The notes beneath the pieces were generated by a model, which was not told where the DNA came from, searched no databases, and saw nothing but the letters and a program-made list of their open reading frames with translations. A stretch of 64,000 bases of DNA, taken from IMG/VR virus record IMGVR_UViG_3300025687_000024, positions 32,001 through 96,000 of that record; one strand, written 5' to 3'. Shown here one piece after another: positions 10,084-20,195 of this stretch. Position numbers and translations under genes: made by a program. Source of the DNA: a virus. Position 1 is the stretch's first letter. The number at the start of each line of letters is the position of its first letter.

Positions 10084-10533
10084 CTACTGTGGGGTCACCT
10101 TGCGGTGGTTGGCGGTGTAGCACTCAACGACGCGGTTGTGCGGGCACTGGAAGCACTCGAAGCCGCAGGTGCTGGCGGAAGGCATGATCTGGGTGTTGCC
10201 GTGGGTGAACTCGTAGGTGCGCTCGCGCACTACTTCGAGTGGGTCGGGGGTCTCGATGGGCTCTCCCAGTAGGAGAGCGATGAGGTCTTCTCGGGGGAGC
10301 TGCCTGCTGGCCGACGCGTGCCCTTGCATCTGGCACAACTGGGCGATCTCCGTGGTGCTCATATCGTTGACGAGGGTGAAGTCGAGGCAGATTTCGTCCG
10401 CCTTCTTCTTTCGCTTCCGGGCCATGGGTCCTTCCTCGGGGAACAGCTCTTCCAGCTCGGCGATCCGGCTCTCCATGCGCTCGAGCTGGGAGTGCATGTC
10501 GAGTACGAGCCTAACCAGCCGCTCCTGCTTCAT
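10084..10533 (-). CDS. Hypothetical protein with C-terminal Cys cluster
   Basis: CGFECFQCPH...EC. An internal second Met (MARKRKKK) is a possible alternative start. Confidence 0.55.
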   Translation of the reverse strand: MKQERLVRLVLDMHSQLERMESRIAELEELFPEEGPMARKRKKKADEICLDFTLVNDMSTTEIAQLCQMQGHASASRQLPREDLIALLLGEPIETPDPLEVVRERTYEFTHGNTQIMPSASTCGFECFQCPHNRVVECYTANHRKVTPQ

Positions 10534-10969
10534 GGGGGTCGTCCTCCAGCGCGGAAGGGTAGAGGTAAGCGACCACGCGTGGTCCTTGTGAGTAGGCTTC
10601 CCGCTTATGCAGGAGAACGTCGAAGTTATTCCGGTCGCTCAGGCCCACCAGCTTGGCGATGCAGTCCTCTACCAGCTTGATGAGGTTGGACACGTCGACG
10701 TTCTTGTAGGGGTGCTTGGTCTTCGCCTTCACGCCCCAGGAGAGGTTGTAGAGGTCTTCGGGGGCGATGTAGAACCAGACCTCGAGGGTGTAGGCCTGCT
10801 CCCGCTCTACTCGGATAGCGAGGAAGTCCTTGGTGGACATCCCTCCTTGGGCGGCGAGGAAGGCCTGCCTCCAGTTCCTACCTGCCGTGGTGAGGATCTT
10901 GCGTCCCCGGGCCACGGTGTAGAGCTTGTTGACGGACACGGGGAGGGCGGGGAACTGGAAGCAGTACAT
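10511..10969 (-). CDS. rusA: RusA-like Holliday junction resolvase
   Basis: P.SVNKLY...ILTTAGRNW and DVSNLIKLVED match the RusA catalytic D..N..K...D motif. Confidence 0.75.
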   Translation of the reverse strand: MYCFQFPALPVSVNKLYTVARGRKILTTAGRNWRQAFLAAQGGMSTKDFLAIRVEREQAYTLEVWFYIAPEDLYNLSWGVKAKTKHPYKNVDVSNLIKLVEDCIAKLVGLSDRNNFDVLLHKREAYSQGPRVVAYLYPSALEDDPHEAGAAG

Positions 10970-11592
10970 CAGCGGGGCCTACGCCAGCGCTGGGGGTTGA
11001 CGACCGGCGCGGTGCGCTCCTGCCGATCCTGGTTCTCGACGTCCTGGGCCTTCCTGGTCTGCTCACGGGAGATGAGGTTGAGGGAGCGCTTCATCTGCTC
11101 GAACCGCTCCTGCGTCTTGCGCATGTAGACCTCCATGCGCAGCAGGCCAGCGTCGGCGGAGACGAAGCGCTCATCCATGTCGATCTTGGCGTCCAGCATG
11201 GCCGCTGCGATGCCGCAGTCCTCCTTGTAGTAGATCTTCAGCGCACTCTGAAGCACCCGGACAGTTCGGGACTGGACCAGGTGCATGGCCTTGGAGCGCA
11301 TGTACTCGGCGGACAGGTAGTTGGTCCAGCCGCTGGCGTAGCCGAAGAGCTTGCCCAGTGTGACCAGGTCGAGCTCGGTGACGTCGGCGGGCACGATGGG
11401 GTCCCCGTTCTCAGCGAACTCGATGTGGCCCTCGAGGCCAGTCGGGAGCGCGGGGATGGGGAGCCTGTCGCTGATCGCACGTTCGGCCAAGCTGCGGTCG
11501 ACATCGTCGATGATGTTGTCGTAGATGTCGATGAGCTCGTCGATGCGGACGTTGCTCGGGACGGGGAACGCGGCACCGCCTGTGTGGGACAT
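10969..11592 (-). CDS. Hypothetical helical protein (possible recombination mediator, UvsY-like)
   Basis: Start MSHTGG with GAGG RBS and TGATG overlap. Coiled C-terminus, located among recombination genes. Function is a guess. Confidence 0.45.
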   Translation of the reverse strand: MSHTGGAAFPVPSNVRIDELIDIYDNIIDDVDRSLAERAISDRLPIPALPTGLEGHIEFAENGDPIVPADVTELDLVTLGKLFGYASGWTNYLSAEYMRSKAMHLVQSRTVRVLQSALKIYYKEDCGIAAAMLDAKIDMDERFVSADAGLLRMEVYMRKTQERFEQMKRSLNLISREQTRKAQDVENQDRQERTAPVVNPQRWRRPR

Positions 11593-12911
11593 CAGAACCT
11601 CCTCTGCCGCTTGTACGCAGCGGGCTTGCAGGTCCACATGTAGGGGCACTCCCCGCACTTGGACTTGATGTCGATCTGCGGGGGGAGCAGGCCCTGTTGG
11701 ACCGTCTTGATGATGTGGGCGCAGCGGGTGGCTGTCTTCTTCCAGGACACCCGGTTGTGCGGCGTCACGAACTGCTTCATGACGCCCTCTTCCTTGTTGA
11801 CGTAGAGGTAGAGGACGCGCTCCAAGCCGAGCAAGGCGCAGTAGATGTTGGCCTGGTCAACATGCTCGCGCTTCGCCTTGGTGAACTTCTTGTAGCTGCT
11901 GCCCCCCGCACTCTTGATCTCGTAGCCGAGCACGTCTTCCTGCCCGTCACAGTGCCCGGTGATCTTGAGTTGCTCGTGCTGGACACGCACTTCCTCCTGG
12001 AAGGCGTCTCCCTTGGCGATGGCCAGGGCCATCTGCACGATGTCGTGGAGCGCGTGCCCGGCGTTGAAGATGCGGCGCAGGTGCGACGAGATCTGCCCCA
12101 TCTGACGGATGCCCATGAGGCCATAGGCGATGCGGCGGTCGCAGGGCGTCATGGAGAGCTCGGACGGATGGATGCAGTGCGTAGCCCGCCCCGAGTCCTT
12201 GAAGTTCAGGCTGAACAGGTACCTGTCGAGCTCGATGATGATGTCGGTGGTGGGCACCGCCCGGATGCCGTTGCTCGGCCAAGGGTCGGGAGGGCCGAAG
12301 CGGTCTGCATCACACTTGGTGGCGTAGGGGCAGGCCGCGCAGTCGTTGTCGGACGCTGTCCCGCCGGGGAAGCCCTCACCGCGCCAGAGGCTCGCCAGGT
12401 AGGCAGGTACCTTCGCCACAGCTTTCCCGGCCTCGTCGATGTCCGTGAGCGTCCAGGCTGACCACTTCTGCGTGTTGCGGTCCACCAGGATGACGATGAC
12501 TGCCTCCGCGCCGAGCATGTGGGCGCGGGCCGCTGCGATGAGCTTGGAGCGCGCAGGGAACTGGGGGAACACCCGGGTGGACTCGTGGGAGAGCATCACG
12601 GGAAGTCCGTCGAGGTAGCCCAGGTGCTGTACTTGTACCCCGGAGTACAGCGTAGGAGCTGCGCGAGAGAAGCGGGTGGGGAAGCACGCGGCCAGGTAGC
12701 GCTGCACGTGCTCCCCGAACTTGTACTCGTAGAGCCGCAGCAGGACCTTGGCGGGATCCTCGAGGCGGTCGGGTTCTTCCCCGATGAGCTGTAGGTAGAG
12801 GCGCCAGCTGCACGGCGTCTTGACGACGTCAGCGACCTCTACCTCTTGGGGGTAGCTGCCGATGCGGCTCAGCACCTGCTCAACGGCTGCTACTGCGTCC
12901 ACTGTCTGCAT
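11592..12911 (-). CDS. Cas4-like / PD-(D/E)xK exonuclease with two tandem Fe-S domains
   Basis: C-terminal domain HPSEL..TPC, GHCDG, EIKS, QANIY, CGECPY..C. N-terminal copy TPC...CAACPYATKC. Confidence 0.75.
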   Translation of the reverse strand: MQTVDAVAAVEQVLSRIGSYPQEVEVADVVKTPCSWRLYLQLIGEEPDRLEDPAKVLLRLYEYKFGEHVQRYLAACFPTRFSRAAPTLYSGVQVQHLGYLDGLPVMLSHESTRVFPQFPARSKLIAAARAHMLGAEAVIVILVDRNTQKWSAWTLTDIDEAGKAVAKVPAYLASLWRGEGFPGGTASDNDCAACPYATKCDADRFGPPDPWPSNGIRAVPTTDIIIELDRYLFSLNFKDSGRATHCIHPSELSMTPCDRRIAYGLMGIRQMGQISSHLRRIFNAGHALHDIVQMALAIAKGDAFQEEVRVQHEQLKITGHCDGQEDVLGYEIKSAGGSSYKKFTKAKREHVDQANIYCALLGLERVLYLYVNKEEGVMKQFVTPHNRVSWKKTATRCAHIIKTVQQGLLPPQIDIKSKCGECPYMWTCKPAAYKRQRRF

Positions 12912-13487
12912 GGAATCTCCTGAAGGCGGCTTCCGACATGACCACGGCCCGGGGTTCCAAGGGGATCTCCAAGGGCTCGGGGTAGTCGTGTCGTGCGAAG
13001 GTCACACCCCCGCGGGTGAGCGGGAGGGCCCCGCGGTCGGGTAGGTGCCCCTCCAAAGCTGCAGCTCGGGCGAGGACGATGGTGATGTGGGGGTGCTGGG
13101 TGAACACGACACGCAGGAGGGGTTCCTCGCCGGCGGCGAGGGCTCCTTGGACGAAGTCAGTCCAGGTGGAGCCCTTCAGCCGGTAGCGGTCGCTGCGAGT
13201 ACTCTTGTTCTCGACGCGCCACGCGCCGAGCGTCCGGACGTCGCCGTCCATGTTCTCGGCGCCAGAGCGCAGGGTCTCTCGGCCTCCAACCAGGGCGGCA
13301 GCTCCCTTCTCGGTAGAGCGCCAGGCCTGCTTCTTGAGGTGCTTGGGTTGTGCCCGCTTCTTGCGTGGGCAGTCGTCGGCGTGGTCGATCCCGTCCAGGA
13401 TGTTGGCGGTCCTGTTCTTCAGGACGCGCTTGACCCGGACGGGTCCCTCGCGGCCGCACAGTAGGCAGCGGCTCTGGCGCCAGTCGC

Positions 13488-13491
<4 letters not shown>
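12880..13491 (-). CDS. Hjc-like PD-(D/E)xK endonuclease/resolvase with N-terminal Zn motif
   Basis: TEK.AA..VGG....SGA...GDV......ENKST and CLLC...HADDC. Confidence 0.65.
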
Positions 13492-14554
<1,063 letters not shown>

Positions 14555-14555
<1 letters not shown>

Positions 14556-14701
14556 TACTTCTTCTCCTCACGCACGGGCTGCTTGCGCTCGCGGACTTCG
14601 CCCTTCTCGGGGCGGGACAGCTGCTTGGCCTGGGCTTCGGCCGCGGCGTGGGCCTTCTTCTCCATGTCGGTCTGGACGACACCGTGCTTCTCGATGGTCA
14701 T
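14555..14701 (-). CDS. Small protein (48 aa, [17 protein letters not shown]...), absent from the ORF track
   Basis: AGGAG RBS, TAGTG overlap with the recA start, fills the pol-recA gap. Confidence 0.6.
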
Positions 14702-14720
14702 GGCGGACTCCTGGTGGGCC

Positions 14721-16613
14721 TTAGCCCTTGGCGGCTCCCCAGTTCTCCACAGCGGCAGGCTCTGCCGGCAGGGGAACGGGGAGGGGTTGATCGAAGGGAC
14801 GCTCCATCACGTACTGGACGTACTCCATGGCCTCGGCGTGGGTTTCCCGCGGGCCGCAGAAGACGAGCTCGTCGTGCACCTGCAGGCGCAGGGTCGTACC
14901 GAGCTCGTGCACGAGGTAGGCGTCGTTGTTGAGGCGGATCATCGCTTTCTTCACGATGTCCGCAGCGCTGCCCTGGATGGGCGCGTTGATGGCCTGGTTC
15001 TCTGCGTGCCCTCGCAGGCGCCAGTTCTTGGCCTTCGCTTTGGACAGCCGCCGCAGGCGGCCACAGATGGTCTGCACGTACCCCTTCTTGCGCGCGTGCT
15101 CGATCATCGAGTCCATGTAGGTCTGCACCCCGGGGTAGATGGCGAGGTACTGGTCGATGTAGCCCTGGGCCTCTTCCCGAGACACTACGCGACCCAGCTT
15201 CTGCGTGAGCTGGACAGCCAGGCCCACCGAGGTGATCCCGTAGACGATACCGAAGCCGACGTTCTTGGCTCCCTGACGCATCTGGAGCGCGATGGCGTCC
15301 CCGATGGCCTTGAGCGCGACGAACTCGTCGTATTCGATGCCCATCATCATCGCCGCCGTGAACGAGTGCATGTCCAGGCCTTCGTTGATGGCACGGATCA
15401 TGGTCGGGTCGTTCGCGAAGCACGCGAGGATGCGCATCTCCAGCTGGGCATAGTCTGCGACGATGAGCAACTGGCTCGGGTCGTCAGGCACGAAGACGGA
15501 GCGGATGCCGTGGGGGTCGTTGTCCGGGCGAGGGACGTTCTGGAGGTTGGGGTCGGACGAGCCGAGACGGCCCGTGAGCTTCGTAGCGGAGTACGTAGTG
15601 TGGATGCGCCCGTCGGCCTGAATCCACTTCGCCAGGCCCTCGGCGTAGGTGCCCTTGAGCTTCGACGCCTTTCGGTACTGCAGGATGAGCTCGCACTCCT
15701 TGACTCCCTGGCCCACGAAGTACTTCAGCGTCTTCTCGTCACAGCTCGGGTCCCCTCCGGGGGTCTTGCTTCGCGGCGTCAGGCCGAGGTCGCGGAACAG
15801 CAGTTCGCGCACCTGCTTGGTGCTGTTCGGGTTGAAAGGCTTCCCGACCATGCAGTTGAGCTCGAAGGCGACATCGTCCATCTCCCGCTGGAGAGAGACT
15901 CCCATGTGCTCGAGCCCATCCCGGTCCACGCGGATACCGCGCCGTTCCATGTCGAAGAGGCACAGCAGCTGCGGTTCTTCGGTGTCCCAGTAGTGGCTGA
16001 GCAGGGTGGTGTCGAGGTCAGGCCACAGGCGCACCTGGCCCAGCTTCTCCATGTGGTGCTCGGCCAGCTTGCGGGTCACCCACGGGTCCAGGGACGCATA
16101 GTCGAGGAACTTGGCCCAGAGGGCGTGCCCAGGCTGGACCTCGCGAGGGTCGGCCTTGCCGAACAGCTCCTTGTACTTGCCCATCGGGATGCCGAAGTAG
16201 TCCCACGAGCACTGGTCGAGGCTGTGGCGGTTCTCCCGCGTGTCCTCGTCGTAGAGGAAGTCCCCCATGAGCGTGTCGAAGGTGTGGCCCCCCACCGCGA
16301 TGCCTGCGTTGGCGAAGCGGTGGAAGTCGTACTTCATGTTGTGCATCGCCTTGACGCTGTGCTCGTTCTCCAGCACGGGGGCGAAGTGGCGCAGGTAGCG
16401 GTACGGCACCAGGTAGCGGGTGTACTCGTCCGGACTCAGGCCCGTGTACAGGGCCTGGTCCGTCATGTTGGTGTAGATGGTGGTGCTGAGGATCTGCAGG
16501 GTCTCGGTGTCGGCACCCAGCAGGGTAGCGTCCATGCAGCGCCGTACACTCTCCTCCACAGCTTCGGGGGTGTCCACATAGACGGGCGGCGGCGCCGCGG
16601 TCACGAACTCCAT
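14721..16613 (-). CDS. polA: DNA polymerase, family A (3'-5' exonuclease plus polymerase, no 5'-3' exonuclease domain)
   Basis: DTET, HNMKYD, TGRLGSSDPNLQN, ADYAQLEMR, R..AK.VGFGIVYG, IQGSAAD, QVHDELV. Confidence 0.95.
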   Translation of the reverse strand: MEFVTAAPPPVYVDTPEAVEESVRRCMDATLLGADTETLQILSTTIYTNMTDQALYTGLSPDEYTRYLVPYRYLRHFAPVLENEHSVKAMHNMKYDFHRFANAGIAVGGHTFDTLMGDFLYDEDTRENRHSLDQCSWDYFGIPMGKYKELFGKADPREVQPGHALWAKFLDYASLDPWVTRKLAEHHMEKLGQVRLWPDLDTTLLSHYWDTEEPQLLCLFDMERRGIRVDRDGLEHMGVSLQREMDDVAFELNCMVGKPFNPNSTKQVRELLFRDLGLTPRSKTPGGDPSCDEKTLKYFVGQGVKECELILQYRKASKLKGTYAEGLAKWIQADGRIHTTYSATKLTGRLGSSDPNLQNVPRPDNDPHGIRSVFVPDDPSQLLIVADYAQLEMRILACFANDPTMIRAINEGLDMHSFTAAMMMGIEYDEFVALKAIGDAIALQMRQGAKNVGFGIVYGITSVGLAVQLTQKLGRVVSREEAQGYIDQYLAIYPGVQTYMDSMIEHARKKGYVQTICGRLRRLSKAKAKNWRLRGHAENQAINAPIQGSAADIVKKAMIRLNNDAYLVHELGTTLRLQVHDELVFCGPRETHAEAMEYVQYVMERPFDQPLPVPLPAEPAAVENWGAAKG

Positions 16614-17767
16614 CAGGCGACTCCTTCGAGCTGATCGGTGAGTTGTACGAGGGCCGGGAGATCTCCCATGGGGAGGTCCTCGCCGAGCAGGGCAGATAGG
16701 GTCTCGAGGGCGGTGCAGTACAGCCTGGCGTTACGCTGCATGTTCTTGACCCACCAGTCCGCGGGAGGCTCTCGGCGGTGCTGGATGTCGTCTACGCGGG
16801 CAGCGACATTCTCGAGCAGCCGGCGGTGGTTCTCCCGGTAGGCCTCGGGCGCGCGCGCCTCTATCTCCTGCACGATGTCTGCGTCGGAGATGCCGTGCCA
16901 GCGTAGCGACGAGACGGCGACCTTCATCTCCCAGGAGATCTGCCCGTTCTCCAGGCGCAGCTTCCACGGGTTGTCCTGGTCGAAGCGCAGGGGATCGTAG
17001 GTCTCCAGGCAGGACAGCAGGCGCTCCCAGGACAGCATCTCACCTGCCCAGCAGGCGCGGGAGGCGTGCACCCACAGGGGCCTCCCGTCTGCCGACGTGG
17101 TGCCGCTGTGCGCCTTCGCGTTGCGGTCCCGTTCGGGGTGGAGGTACCCCATGACCTGGTGCTCCGGGTGGAACAGCACGAGGGGAGGTGGGGCGTCGAG
17201 CGGGGGCTCGCTGTCGTAGATCGCTTCGGGGGAGGGCACGAATACCTGGACACCCGCCGCATGCAGGTGGCGGAACACCGGAGCGCTGATGCTCGCGTAG
17301 ATCTCGCCGTCGTTGTAGACGTAGTAGAGCTCCTTGTCGCGCAGGGGAACGGGGGTGTCGCGCTCCTGCTCGGAGTCGTACACCGTCGTCATCTTGCCCG
17401 CGACGTACGCTTCGGTCATCGAAGCGTGCATGTCTCGGCGGGTGAGCACGTCGTAGCGGGGTAGGCCTGCAGTCGCGGCGGTGATGGTGGGGACGTTGTA
17501 GCCCTCGGCCATCACGGGGACGAACTTGCGGCAGTAGGGGGGAAGGAACCTGTCAGGAGTGATGCTGCTGGCGTAGATGACGCGCCAGTCAACCGGGGCA
17601 TCGCCCGCCTGGGCCAGGATGTCCCTGGCGTGGGCGGGCAGCAAGCCGCTGTGCGGGAGGAGTAGGCACCACTGCGTGTTGCCCAGGTACACCCGCCCGT
17701 CGTCGAGCTGCAGCAGCACGACGTTGTCACCCATCTGGCGGGTTGACTCCTTGCTCAAAAAGAACAC
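16613..17767 (-). CDS. Hypothetical protein
   Basis: 384 aa ORF in the operon frame, TGATG-coupled to the polymerase gene, AGGAGG RBS. Confidence 0.6.
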   Translation of the reverse strand: MFFLSKESTRQMGDNVVLLQLDDGRVYLGNTQWCLLLPHSGLLPAHARDILAQAGDAPVDWRVIYASSITPDRFLPPYCRKFVPVMAEGYNVPTITAATAGLPRYDVLTRRDMHASMTEAYVAGKMTTVYDSEQERDTPVPLRDKELYYVYNDGEIYASISAPVFRHLHAAGVQVFVPSPEAIYDSEPPLDAPPPLVLFHPEHQVMGYLHPERDRNAKAHSGTTSADGRPLWVHASRACWAGEMLSWERLLSCLETYDPLRFDQDNPWKLRLENGQISWEMKVAVSSLRWHGISDADIVQEIEARAPEAYRENHRRLLENVAARVDDIQHRREPPADWWVKNMQRNARLYCTALETLSALLGEDLPMGDLPALVQLTDQLEGVA

Positions 17768-17942
17768 TCAGCCTCCTCTTGGGACGCACGGCGAGGGTGT
17801 GGCACAGGCGGAGGTAGGCCTCGTAGGACCTCCTCGCCTGTGCCACGTCACCGAGCTCGAGTTGTACGAGGGTGTGCATGTGGGCCAGGGCCAAGCGGTG
17901 CCTCAAGCACCGCAGGGCGTCTGACCGCTCATGCCAGCCCAT
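17727..17942 (-). CDS. Hypothetical small protein
   Basis: Fills the gap after the SSB gene and overlaps the next start by about 40 nt. Weak support. Confidence 0.35.
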   Translation of the reverse strand: MGWHERSDALRCLRHRLALAHMHTLVQLELGDVAQARRSYEAYLRLCHTLAVRPKRRLSVLFEQGVNPPDG

Positions 17943-17946
17943 CTAT

Positions 17947-19137
17947 CTACTGGGGCCGGCGGAACTGCCGCTGGCCTCCGCCACCGCCCCAGGGGGCGGA
18001 GCGGGTCTGGGTCTGGGCCTGGTAGGGGTTGGGGCGCTTGAGCTGCTTGGCCTGCACGTCCAGCACGGCCGCCACGTACTCGGCGTCGGAGCTGAACTTG
18101 GAGCGGTCCACGCGCTCGGGACGGAAGCGGTGGTGCAGGTCCCAGTGCTGGAGCAGCGCCTTGAGCTCGGCGTCGTCCAGCCCGTAGCCCTGCAGGTCGT
18201 TGTGGATGTTGGAGAAGGGCTGGCTGCGGTCGAAGTTCAGCGTGGTGTACTTCCGCTGACGGCCCGAACGGTCGGTCTTGACCTCGCCCGCGCAGTTGAC
18301 CTCGAGGGTCTTGTCGAACACGGTAGCCGGGACGGGGTCATGCGCCTCGCTGGCGCACATCTGGATCTCCTTGGGGTAGCCGCGCTTCCCGCACTTGGGG
18401 CACTCGTGCTCCTGCTCGATGAACTCCAGGATCTTCTCGGGGGGTTCGGTCTGCAGGTGATGCTCCTCGAACCAGGCGTGCATCTGGCAGTGGGGGCAGA
18501 CGAACTCGACGGGGAACACGTCCTGACCGCAGACCTGGCCCGTGGCCTGGTCGTAGTGCAGGCAGGTCTGCCCGAGGATGTCGTTGACCGCGTACAGCTG
18601 CTGGAAGTGGGTCTTGCCCATCTCCCAGACCTTGTGCCCGCCCATGAAGCGCTCGGCGACGGAGGGGTCGTGGCTGTTGCAGAAGCGGCAGCGGTTGCGC
18701 TGGGGCAGGATCTCGTCGGACATGCAGCGCTCGAAGGCGATCTTGCCGTCGGAGCCCTTGACCCGGTGGTAGAAGCGCAGGTCGATGACCTCGATGGCGT
18801 AGACCAGGCGCGGGTACAGCTTGTCGATGTCCTTCTGCTGCTGTTCCGTGAGGCTACCTCCGGCGTTCCGGGCCTGCTGGGCCTGGTGGAGGTAGTGGCA
18901 GTAGACGCAGTGACCCTCGAACCCGGGCCACTCGCTGGTGCAGGTACGGGGCCCGGCGCCGGGCAGCCAGTGACGCTTGAGCACGAGCAGCTCATCGTTG
19001 GCCGGCGCGAGCACGCGCACCATGCCACGCTCGCCCGCAGCGATCTTGTAGATCTCGGCCTCCCACGGATCGTAGGCCGTGGTCGGCGCGAGCTGCTCCG
19101 CCTGGCGGCGGGCATTGCGGAATGCACTCCAGCTCAT
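17947..19137 (-). CDS. Single-stranded DNA-binding protein (gp32-like) with extra Zn ribbons
   Basis: VRVL...KRHW...CTS......CVYC, YAIEVID, KVWEMG. Lies next to primase and helicase. Confidence 0.6.
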   Translation of the reverse strand: MSWSAFRNARRQAEQLAPTTAYDPWEAEIYKIAAGERGMVRVLAPANDELLVLKRHWLPGAGPRTCTSEWPGFEGHCVYCHYLHQAQQARNAGGSLTEQQQKDIDKLYPRLVYAIEVIDLRFYHRVKGSDGKIAFERCMSDEILPQRNRCRFCNSHDPSVAERFMGGHKVWEMGKTHFQQLYAVNDILGQTCLHYDQATGQVCGQDVFPVEFVCPHCQMHAWFEEHHLQTEPPEKILEFIEQEHECPKCGKRGYPKEIQMCASEAHDPVPATVFDKTLEVNCAGEVKTDRSGRQRKYTTLNFDRSQPFSNIHNDLQGYGLDDAELKALLQHWDLHHRFRPERVDRSKFSSDAEYVAAVLDVQAKQLKRPNPYQAQTQTRSAPWGGGGGQRQFRRPQ

Positions 19138-20186
19138 GGGGTACTCCTTCTTCGACTTCGTCGTGTCCAGGCAACGCCTGGTAGGGTGGCCAGCTGACCG
19201 ATGGTCTTGGCGTTTGTCACGGCAGCTGAGAGGTGAGTGGTGTCAAGGTCATCCGGGCTCGTTCCTTCGGGGGAACCGTCCGGGTAGAGGCAGACGTAGG
19301 CACGCCCACTTCGCGATAGGCGCTGTGCAATCCTTATCGCAGAACACCGCCGGTTTTTGTCCGGGTCGGGGAAGTAGACGCCCTTTCCAGGCTCGTGATC
19401 CAAGAGGACGTAGTAGGGTCCCCGGAGCCGTGTGATGAGGCGCTCCTGCTGCTTGGTCAGCGTGGAGCCCTGCAGGGCTACGGTGTGCGGGAAGCCGTGC
19501 TCTATGCACCACAGGCATCCCTTGTAGCCCTCGACGATGACCAGCGGCGGCCGCGCTCCCTCATCTGCGAAGAAGCGCGCGGCGTAGATGCGGTCGAAGG
19601 CGTACAGGTGCTTGCGGTTGGCCCCCGTGTAGCCGGGAACGATATCGTGGAACTCCTTCTCGTAGACGTAGTAGCGAGGCTCTACCCAGTCGTCGTAGGC
19701 GCGTCCGCTGATACCCACGAGCCTCCCGAGATAGTCTCGGATGGGGAAGGTGATGCGGTCGCGGCTCGCGTCATACCCGATGAACATCTCTTGGAGGATG
19801 TCTTCGGAGAAGCCCAGGTCGAGCATCTTGAGGGGGCACTGGTTGTAGGCGCCGAGCACGTACTCGGGCAGGACGTGCCACTCCCACCCCTGCTTCCCCT
19901 CCAGCTTCCGCTGGGCCAGTTCGGGCAGGGGAGGCGGGAGCCGCAGCTCCCCGATCTCCTGCTGTACGCGCTCTCCGGAGAGGCCCAGCTTGTAGAGGAG
20001 GTGGTAGACGGACCCGCCCGCGTGGCAGGAGAAGCAGGTCCAGCTCCCTTCCTTGGTGACGTAGAGCGAGCGCGAGGCTGACTTGGACTTGTGGAACGGG
20101 CACTCTGCACGCAGGTTCCCTTCACCAGAAGGGCGCACGTTGCGCAAGTAGCGCTCTGCCAGCCTCCTGATCTTGTCCGAGAGCAT
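19134..20186 (-). CDS. dnaG: DNA primase (CHC2 Zn finger plus TOPRIM)
   Basis: CPFH...CFSC, RITFPIRD..GR, IVEGY, LLDHE. Confidence 0.85.
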   Translation of the reverse strand: MLSDKIRRLAERYLRNVRPSGEGNLRAECPFHKSKSASRSLYVTKEGSWTCFSCHAGGSVYHLLYKLGLSGERVQQEIGELRLPPPLPELAQRKLEGKQGWEWHVLPEYVLGAYNQCPLKMLDLGFSEDILQEMFIGYDASRDRITFPIRDYLGRLVGISGRAYDDWVEPRYYVYEKEFHDIVPGYTGANRKHLYAFDRIYAARFFADEGARPPLVIVEGYKGCLWCIEHGFPHTVALQGSTLTKQQERLITRLRGPYYVLLDHEPGKGVYFPDPDKNRRCSAIRIAQRLSRSGRAYVCLYPDGSPEGTSPDDLDTTHLSAAVTNAKTIGQLATLPGVAWTRRSRRRSTP

Positions 20187-20195
20187 CGGCTTCGG

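Noticed and set aside
11592-12911. Cas4-like gene as evidence of a CRISPR-Cas system
   Set aside because: No repeat-spacer array and no cas1/cas2 seen. Solo Cas4-like nucleases are common in phage recombination modules.
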